64,000 nt of DNA, taken from NCBI GenBank assembly GCA_018221305.1, contig JAAOYK010000051.1:20085-84084 (forward strand), in the 5' to 3' direction. This document shows, piece after piece, positions 48,384-56,400 of this stretch. The DNA is from Candidatus Pacearchaeota archaeon. GTDB lineage: Archaea > Nanobdellota > Nanobdellia > Pacearchaeales > GW2011-AR1. The notes beneath the pieces are model-generated. The model was not told the DNA's origin. It worked only from the letters and a program-made list of their open reading frames with translations, and did not search any database. The first letter of the stretch is position 1; the number at the start of each line of letters is the position of its first letter. Made by a program: the position numbers and the translations under genes.

Positions 48384-48546
48384 TTTTTGCCCCCTTAGAA
48401 GTTTTATTTTCTAATTCCTGCTCTCCAAGACATTTTATGGCATCCTCTACAACATGAGATTTATTACGGTATTTACCTTTTTCAATAAGCTCGTTAATAA
48501 TCTCTATAGTTTCTTTATCAAATGTAAAACTGGCTCGCTCTTTCAT
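48376..48546 (-). CDS. Ribbon-helix-helix (CopG/Arc-like) DNA-binding protein, 56 aa, not in ORF track
   Basis: Hand translation, codon by codon: MKERASFTFDKETIEIINELIEKGKYRNKSHVVEDAIKCLGEQELENKTSKGAKNE. It has a beta-strand/helix/helix RHH pattern and a GAGG SD upstream. Its TGA overlaps the start of the 2348-aa ORF (AATGAATGA). Confidence 0.65.
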   Translation of the reverse strand: MKERASFTFDKETIEIINELIEKGKYRNKSHVVEDAIKCLGEQELENKTSKGAKNE

Positions 48547-48586
48547 GTTTTCCTCTTTTTCATTATAAATAATACATCATTTAAAA

Positions 48587-48623
48587 ATATTACTGAGTAT
48601 TACTAAATATTACAAAGTATTAC
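48587..48623. promoter_or_regulatory. Four RTATTAC boxes at exact 10-bp phasing upstream of the RHH gene
   Basis: ATATTAC-tga-GTATTAC-taa-ATATTAC-aaa-GTATTAC. TATTAC cores at 48588, 48598, 48608 and 48618, which is 42-78 nt upstream of the RHH ATG. Confidence 0.55.
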
Positions 48624-48747
48624 GATTTTTAAACCTACCGATTAAAAAAGTGACGCACGACTCAAATCAACAAAGCAAGGTTCAAAAACACGCACAAAGC
48701 CTTAACCAAAATTTACAAGATAAAATAAAATCCCCTAACTTTCAGGG

Positions 48748-51700
48748 TCAAAGTTTCTCAGCAGCAGGAATAATAGATTTTTGATGATACATTGAAGGTT
48801 TTAGACCTAATGGAAGATTTCCGTGTAAACGTTTTTCTTTTCGTCTCTTCAAAACCTTATTAAGATAAAAAATAACAAAAACAATCCCTGCAACCACTAA
48901 AAGCCCCAAAAGTACAAATAAAATTATCTTAAACCAACCAGCAGATAAACTAAAAAATCCACCACCCCCAATCCTAAATTTTGCCTGAGCATTAGCAGGC
49001 TCTTTTTGCCCATTATATTTTAAATCCACAAACAAAGTATATTCACCATTACCTAAAAAGGACAGATCAATCTTTTTTATAAATTCTAATTGTGTTTCAA
49101 CAGGAACTATTTCTTTTTCCTCATACACCATAGATCCAGTAGAATCAAAAGCCCTATAGGTGATGTTACCAAGGACACGACCAGGAATTCCGAAATTAAT
49201 TAAGGAGACCTTTGCCATTAAAGTCTCTTCAATTGATTCATCTAAAATTTCCAAACCAATATCAAACAAAGTATTTCTAGATTTTTTAGAGATCTTTACC
49301 TTAGTAATCTTACACGACCTACTAATATCAGGACGTGATCCAGAACACTCAGGGGTTATTTTTTCACAATCCCTACCTTGTTTTCCATCAACACACCCTC
49401 CCCATGAATCACAATCCCATTTTGCCTTACATGTGGCAGTACCACCACCGCCACCAGAATTTCCCCCACTATCACTAATTGCGTTTAAAAGCATTAACAA
49501 AGATCGACTCTCAGACATATTAAAAGTTCGTGACAAGGCATGATAATTAGCCTTAGTAGTAGTTAGGGTATAATTATAGTAAGTCTTATTAGCAGCTCCA
49601 GAACCATTTTGAGAATAATATGGTAATCGAAGCTTTCTTAAAATCCCAGAAGAGCCAGTAAGCAAAGAAAAGGCCTCAACAGCCCTATGATTTCTAACAT
49701 TAATCGCAGCGTTTAATAAAGGAGAATTTCCAGATTTAACAGTTAAATCAAGATAGTTATAATAATTCAAAAGACCTTCTCCCTGGGTTTGCCAACTAAC
49801 ACCAGTTAAGGTCGTATTTGTAAAGTTCCAAAATCCCCCTGTAAACGGTCCAAAAATCGAATCATCTAAACCATAAATTGAAAATAAATCATTAGACCCA
49901 TTCTTAGAGAGAAAAGAATCTTCAACACTTAGGTTAAAAACTCCAAAATAAATTTCAACAGGATACGATCCAGTCCCAACAGTGCTTGAAGTACATTTTG
50001 AAATATTAATATCATTGCCTCCATATTCAAAGAAAAATGCCGAAGAATAAGGCCCTAAGGATGACACAGTAATATTAAAAAGATCAATAGAATAAACATC
50101 ATGCATCAATAAACCATATCCATAATCCCCAGTAGTTGAAAAAGTACCATCTCGGATATCTAAATCAGAAACATCACTATCAGCAAAAAGTGCATAAGCA
50201 TCTGCCCCATGAGTAATAACATCAAGACGATCTAACAAAGTTCCCACCACATCCTCATTAATAAAAAGCCCATAAGCATAATCCGCGTTTGTAGTTATAT
50301 CATTACTAATTATTTCAGAATCATTACTTAAAATATTAAACCCATAAGCATCCTCACCACTTGTTGTAATAGTATTATTTAAAATTATTACATCCACAGA
50401 ATTCAAATTAATACCATGTGCAAAATCAGCCTCAGTTACAAGATTATTATGAGCAATATTAGAATTAGAGCTAGAAATAATGTTAATACCATAAGCGTCA
50501 CTCGACGAAGTAAACACATCATTAGAACTAACATTACTAAAGGGAGAATCAAAAAGATGCACACCAGATGCATCATTGTTCAAAGTTTCAATATCATTAT
50601 TTATAACATTATTATTCAGACTAGAATTAAGATAAATCCCAGAACTTTGATGTCCTGCAGTATTAATAAAATTATTTGAAAAATTATTATAAGACCCATC
50701 GCTAAGCGAGATCCCAAGACAAGAAATACCATTAGGCATAATTCTGTTCAAAGAAATTAAAGAATTATCAACATTACGCAAAAAAATACCCATCCCATAA
50801 TTCCCAAAAATAGTGATATTATTAGATTGTAAAATAGAATTCTGTGAATCTTTCAAATAAATTGCAGGAGAATAAAGATTACTTGTATTTGTTTTTGAAA
50901 AATTACAATTCAAAATTTTTGTTTCATTATACTCGCTATAAACACCATACGAGCTGCCAGCACTTGCTCCAAAATTAATAGTATTTCCTTGACAATCTAA
51001 AGTAACATTATTAGCACCAAAAATAAAACAAGTATCAGAGGACGAAACACTTGAATTCAAAAGATAGACCCCATCTTCAAAATTTAAACCAGCACACCCA
51101 GAAACTCCCGGATCTATAGCAGCATGAAAATCTTCTTCAATAATCTCTAAATCAAAAGCGTTTTCCTGAGTATTAGGGATTTCAAAGCTAACTTTTATTG
51201 CAAAAGAAAAGCTCGTATCAATATTAACATCATCCAGACTAATTTCAAACTTATCAGGTTTTTTACTTTTCCAGGAAAAAGTTTCAAGTGTTTTGTTTTC
51301 GCTTTCATTAATAACTTCCGGCAAATCATCCAAAGAATCTTCAAGAGTATCATTTACAGTTTCTCCCTGGTCATCCCTAGAACTCTGGTTTACTATTCCT
51401 TGAGAATCATTAATAGTAACATTAATATCAACAAGATCTAAAGAATCATTTATAATCTCACCAGTAAAATCACCTTCGACATCCAAGGTTTCTTCAGCAA
51501 TTATGATTTCAATTTCCTGATTTATTTTTTCATCAAGTTTTTCTTCAATCTTTTTATCTAAAATATCCCCTAACTTTTCATCAATCTTTTCATCAATCTT
51601 TTCTTCAATAATACGATCCAAGGATTCTTCAAAAGTCTTATCAATAGCCTCATCCAAAAGATCCCCCTCAGGATCAGAAGCACCAGAGTCCAAAGCAACA

Positions 51701-52416
51701 GAAAATCCAGTTATAAGATTTGTTTCAGAATCATCCAAATCAAGATATACAAAATTATAATAATCTTTTCGCTTAAACTTAGTTTCATCACTTAGATAAA
51801 TAACTTCATCAGCCCCTGCAGAGTTACTCTGCCTCCCAGAATCACGATTTCTCAGCGACCCGCGGTTGAACTCCTTAACAGAAGCCGCACCAAATTCAGA
51901 CAAACTTTCCTCAGCACTAGGAATCGGCGGTGCAGGAAGAGTCTCAAAATAACCTTGTTCAAAGGTCTCTTCAACAATTTCAAAAGTTTGTGAGTAACTA
52001 ATTTCCAAATTCCTAACAGAACTTCCATCTTCAAAATATAAATTAACTAAAGGATTTTGCAACTCACGCTTCACCTCAGCACTATTACTAACTTCAAAAA
52101 TTGCCTCACAAATCTTATAACCATCATCGATTCTACTAGGTTTCCAGGAGCAATGAATTTCTTCGGGGGAGGAGAGGATAATGTTTCCAATATTTGAAAA
52201 CTTAAAGCCACCGACGTTTACTTCCCCCCCCGTCTTGATCTCAGGATTTAAGAGAGTATCATCATCTAGATCTTTAATAACATTTGATGTCAATCCATTA
52301 TTAACAGTAAAATAAGAAAAAAATACCAAAAGAAGAATCACAACAGCCAAACAAAAGATAAACATCTTTCTTTGATCAATTCTAAAAAAATCAGGCCTCA
52401 TTTCCCTCACCCCCAT
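48748..52416 (-). CDS. 1222-aa surface protein: N-terminal TM, acidic coiled region, parallel beta-helix (PbH1) repeats, Cys-rich module, Ig-like domain, C-terminal TM anchor
   Basis: Beta-helix repeats at aa ~440-860 (NNxIxxxGxxGIxLxxSxNNxIxNN pattern). SGGNSGGGGG linker followed by CKAKWDCDSWGGCVDGKQGRDC. C-terminal WFKIILFVLLGLLVVAGIVFVIFYL followed by KRRKEKR. The true start may be the ATG at 52401 or 52365. Confidence 0.85.
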   Translation of the reverse strand: MGVREMRPDFFRIDQRKMFIFCLAVVILLLVFFSYFTVNNGLTSNVIKDLDDDTLLNPEIKTGGEVNVGGFKFSNIGNIILSSPEEIHCSWKPSRIDDGYKICEAIFEVSNSAEVKRELQNPLVNLYFEDGSSVRNLEISYSQTFEIVEETFEQGYFETLPAPPIPSAEESLSEFGAASVKEFNRGSLRNRDSGRQSNSAGADEVIYLSDETKFKRKDYYNFVYLDLDDSETNLITGFSVALDSGASDPEGDLLDEAIDKTFEESLDRIIEEKIDEKIDEKLGDILDKKIEEKLDEKINQEIEIIIAEETLDVEGDFTGEIINDSLDLVDINVTINDSQGIVNQSSRDDQGETVNDTLEDSLDDLPEVINESENKTLETFSWKSKKPDKFEISLDDVNIDTSFSFAIKVSFEIPNTQENAFDLEIIEEDFHAAIDPGVSGCAGLNFEDGVYLLNSSVSSSDTCFIFGANNVTLDCQGNTINFGASAGSSYGVYSEYNETKILNCNFSKTNTSNLYSPAIYLKDSQNSILQSNNITIFGNYGMGIFLRNVDNSLISLNRIMPNGISCLGISLSDGSYNNFSNNFINTAGHQSSGIYLNSSLNNNVINNDIETLNNDASGVHLFDSPFSNVSSNDVFTSSSDAYGINIISSSNSNIAHNNLVTEADFAHGINLNSVDVIILNNTITTSGEDAYGFNILSNDSEIISNDITTNADYAYGLFINEDVVGTLLDRLDVITHGADAYALFADSDVSDLDIRDGTFSTTGDYGYGLLMHDVYSIDLFNITVSSLGPYSSAFFFEYGGNDINISKCTSSTVGTGSYPVEIYFGVFNLSVEDSFLSKNGSNDLFSIYGLDDSIFGPFTGGFWNFTNTTLTGVSWQTQGEGLLNYYNYLDLTVKSGNSPLLNAAINVRNHRAVEAFSLLTGSSGILRKLRLPYYSQNGSGAANKTYYNYTLTTTKANYHALSRTFNMSESRSLLMLLNAISDSGGNSGGGGGTATCKAKWDCDSWGGCVDGKQGRDCEKITPECSGSRPDISRSCKITKVKISKKSRNTLFDIGLEILDESIEETLMAKVSLINFGIPGRVLGNITYRAFDSTGSMVYEEKEIVPVETQLEFIKKIDLSFLGNGEYTLFVDLKYNGQKEPANAQAKFRIGGGGFFSLSAGWFKIILFVLLGLLVVAGIVFVIFYLNKVLKRRKEKRLHGNLPLGLKPSMYHQKSIIPAAEKL

Positions 52417-52627
52417 GCACTAACAAATACATTTTAGCCATCCCAACATTCCGATGCTTCACTTTTCTTGCACCCTCAAGCTTTGCCAAAAGAATTCGTA
52501 TCTGATTACGCGGTATTTTTAATTTATTAGAAAGCTCAGTAATACTAAATCCAAAATCCTCTTTTTTTAACAACTTTAAAATCTCTTTCTCCTGCATCTC
52601 ATCTCTTAACCTCTTTTTAATATTCAC
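52391..52627 (-). CDS. Small winged-helix DNA-binding protein, translationally coupled to the 1222-aa gene
   Basis: 78 aa (GTG start in the track; alternative ATG at 52597). FSITELSNKLKIPRNQIRILLAKLEGARKV HTH pattern. Its stop overlaps the downstream ORF start. Confidence 0.55.
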   Translation of the reverse strand: MNIKKRLRDEMQEKEILKLLKKEDFGFSITELSNKLKIPRNQIRILLAKLEGARKVKHRNVGMAKMYLLVHGGEGNEA

Positions 52628-52636
52628 AAGCTTTGT

Positions 52637-52678
52637 TCAATATTATTCACAGCATTGCACTCAATATTATTCACAGCA
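52637..52678. promoter_or_regulatory. Two perfect 18-nt direct repeats TCAATATTATTCACAGCA (24-nt period) between TATA-like box and the wHTH gene start
   Basis: Copies at 52637-52654 and 52661-52678. A degenerate third copy (AATATTCACA) overlaps the GTG start. TATA-like ATATAAA at 52688-52694. Confidence 0.5.
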
Positions 52679-52877
52679 GATTTAACGATATAAAGGCTCG
52701 GTTGAAAAAAACAACAAAAATAGACGATCTAGTTTAAAAAAGTAACAAAACCTAAGGGCAGAACAAAAAGTTTATAAAACCAGTTTCATTCTGAAAGGGT
52801 GTAAAAAGAGTGTGCAACAAAATGAAACCAATGAAAATTTGTAATTTTCAAAATTTAATTTTAACCAAAACAACAAA

Positions 52878-53444
52878 ATGAAGTTAACTAAAAACGAGAA
52901 GAAAACATTAAAACTATTACTCGAGAACGCAAAAATTTCTGATTCAGCAATAGCAAAAAAGCTAAAAATTTCAAGCCAAGCAGTAGGAAAGATTAGAAAA
53001 AAACTAGAAACAACAGTTATTGAATCATATACAGTTAACCTCAATTATTCAAAACTAGGGATCAATGTTTTTGCAATAGCTCTTGCACGCCTAACCCCAG
53101 ACGGACTTGATAAAGGAGAGCTAGAAGTCGAACAAAAGCTCCTTAATCAAGCAAACATCATCCAAATCCATAGACTTCCAAATCAAAGCACAACTCACAT
53201 TATTCTTTACGGTTTCAAAGATTTAAACGAGCTTGACAACTTTTTTCATTCGACAAAAAAGAAAAATGAGCTCCACAGATTCATTGAAAACAAAGATCTG
53301 TTCACATTTTCTAATCATAGCCTAATAAAAAACAGCCCAATACAACTTTTCAATCAAACAATAGAAGAAATAGGGACTCAGAGCAATAACAACAAGAATG
53401 GTTTTACTGAGATTGAACATTTTAAAAGGCGCTTAAAAAAATAG
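52878..53444 (+). CDS. Lrp/AsnC-family transcription regulator (extended C-terminus)
   Basis: 188 aa. HTH KTLKLLLENAKISDSAIAKKLKISSQAVGKIRKKLE, then a RAM-like domain (SYTVNLNYSKLGINVFAIALARL). Confidence 0.7.
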   Translation: MKLTKNEKKTLKLLLENAKISDSAIAKKLKISSQAVGKIRKKLETTVIESYTVNLNYSKLGINVFAIALARLTPDGLDKGELEVEQKLLNQANIIQIHRLPNQSTTHIILYGFKDLNELDNFFHSTKKKNELHRFIENKDLFTFSNHSLIKNSPIQLFNQTIEEIGTQSNNNKNGFTEIEHFKRRLKK

Positions 53445-53477
53445 ATTCCAGAAAAACTAAGTCAGAAAAGAGGTAAA

Positions 53478-56400
53478 ATGAAAAAGAGAAGAGTTGGAAC
53501 AAAAAAAAAATCTAAAGGCTTAATCACAGATAATGAATTCTTAGCAGGATTAATTCAATCAAGCAATCAAGCATTTGCAGCAGGATTACCTGACGGAACA
53601 CTATTCACAGTAAACCAATCATTTTGTGAATTAACAGGATATTCTGAAAAAGAATTATTAGAAAAAAAAGATATTTGGAGTAAAAAAATAACTCCAAAAA
53701 AATGGAGAGATTTTGAAAATAAAAAGATTCAACAAGCAATAGAAACAAAAAAACCTACAAGGTATGAAAAAGAATATATAACTAAATCTGGAAAAATAAT
53801 TCCAGTAGAAGTTTTTGTTCAACCCACCTTTGACAAAAATAAGAATTTAAAATACATATACGGATTTATAACAAACATCACAAAAAAACAACAACAACAA
53901 AAAGAACTAGAAAATATATTCAATCTTTCTCCAGACATGTTTTGTATCTGCAGCCCTAAGGGAAAATTTCTCAAGGTCAATCCTGCTTGCTCAAAAACCC
54001 TAGGATACACAACAAACGAAATCCTTAAACTAGGCTGGGCAAAATTAGTTCATCCAGAAGATATAAAGCGCACAGATAAAGAAGTAAAAAAACAATTAAA
54101 AGGCAGCCCTGTAGCAAATTTCACCAATAGGTTTAAATGTAAAAATGGTTCCTACAAAACACTTTCGTGGCAGGCAACCGCTGCAATAAATGGGGTTGTT
54201 TATGCTACTGCCAGAGATATATCTGAAAAAAAACAGATCCAAGAAAAAATACAATTTTTAAGTGAAATTTCCAGGCAAACATCAGATTCAGTCATTACTA
54301 CTGATTTAGATTTTAAAATCAATTGGGTAAATTCAGCCTTTGAAAAATTATTTGGATATTCTAAAAAAGAAGTCCTAGGCAAAACTCCCGACATTCTAAA
54401 TGCAGAACCACTTTCAAAAGAAATTCAAAGCAATATTTACAAAACAATATCTTCTAAAAAAATTTGGACTGGAGAAATTTTAAACAAAAAAAAGAATGGA
54501 GATAAGTTCATATGTTCTATAAAAATATTTCCAATACTGGGAGGGGATGGAAAAATAATTGCATATGCCTCACATCAGGAAGACACAACAGAAAAAAAGA
54601 AAATAAAAGAAAATATTCAAAACACAAATGAAAAACTAGAATGGCATTTACAAAATACACCTATTGGCTATATTGAATGGGACTTAGATTTCAAAGTAAA
54701 AGAATGGAACAATGCAGCAAAAGAAATATTTGGCTACACTAAAAAAGAAGCCTTAGGAAGGCATGCCGCAGGATTATTAATTCCAGAATCTGCAAGAAAA
54801 ATAGTAGATAAAATTTGGTCAGACCTTTTAAAAAATAAAGGTGGGGCTCGAAGCACAAATAAAAATTTTACAAAAAATAAAAAATCAATCGTATGTGATT
54901 GGTTTAACACCCCATTAATTAATAAAAAAGGCCAGGTCTTTGGAGTAGCTTCACTTATCCAAGATATAACCGAAGAAAAAAATAAAGAAAAAAAAATAAA
55001 AGAAAACGAGGAGAAATTCAAAAACCTATTAGAAAGCACTTCAGATTTCATATGGGAAGTAGATAAAAATGGAAAATATGTTTTTGCATCAGACAGTGTT
55101 GAGAAGATTTTAGGTTACAGACCAGAAGAAATTATGGGAAAAACTCCATTTGATTTCATGGAAAAACAAGAAGCAGAAAAAATATCCAAAAAATTTATAG
55201 AAATTGTATCAAAAAAACAGCCAATAAAAGATCTTGAAAACCTGAACATAACTAAAGATAATAAAAAAGTTTACTTATTAACAAACGGGGTACCTTTATT
55301 AGATAAAAACAAAAACATAATTGGATACCGGGGGGTTGATAAAGATATAACAGAGAAAAAACAAATTGAACAAAAACTATCCACTCAAGCATCACTCCTT
55401 CAACAAGTTCACAACGCAATCATAACAATAAATTTTGATAATGAAATACTCTCCTGGAACAACTATGCAGAAAAGCTTTACCAATGGAAAAGTGAAGAGG
55501 CAATAGGAAAAAACATTATTGAATTATTATCCCCCGAAGAAATGAAAAATAAAGTTAAAGAGAATTTTAAAGACCTCAATAGAGAGGGGTATTGGGAAGG
55601 AGATTTCAATGTAAAAAGAAAAGATGGTTCAACAGTCCTTGCCCACATAATTAATACTTATTTAAAAGATAATCAAGGGGAAAATATCGGATTTATTGGA
55701 ATAAGCACAGATATCACTGAGAAAAGAAAGCGGGAAGAGGCCCTAAAAGAAAGTGAAGAAAGATTAAAAAAATATATTGAAGAAATGCCTGAATCAATTT
55801 TAATTTCAGATCTAAAGGGTAAGACAAAATTTGCAAATAAAAAATTCTATGACACATTCAAATTTTCAGAAAAAGAAATAATCGGAAAGCTTCCTACCTG
55901 CATGATTCCAAAACAAGACATTCCAAAGATAATGGCTAATTTGAAACAAATAAGTCAGAGGGGTAGCAGTCCAGAATTCGAGCTTCAAGCAATAACAAAA
56001 AACAAACAAGATCGAGTGATTAAATGCCGCGGAACATTAATAAAAAACAACAAAAATCAACCAAAAGAAATTATAGTGATAATCAGAGACGTTACAGAAA
56101 AAATAAAACAAAACAAACAAATAAAAGATTCAGAACAAAAACTTAAAACAATTATTGAACATAGTAATGAAGTTTTTTATATTCATGATACAAACCATAA
56201 AATAATATATATAAGTCCTCAATGCAAACAAATTTTTGGATTCACGCCTCAAGAAATGAAAGTTAAGTGGACCACCCTTACCACGAATAATCCGATAAAT
56301 GATCAAGGTTTTAAATTAACAACAACAGCCATTAAAACGGGTCAAAAACAACCAAATTACGTACTAGAAATATTGCGAAAAGATAAATCAAAAAGAATGA

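Noticed and set aside
37095-50679. Antisense or alternative-frame track ORFs inside mscS and the two giant genes (37095-37475, 41763-41972, 42303-42506, 45672-46076, 47730-47921, 49160-49543, 50416-50679, etc.)
   Set aside because: All are embedded in long, motif-supported ORFs on the opposite strand or frame. Their compositions are consistent with chance.
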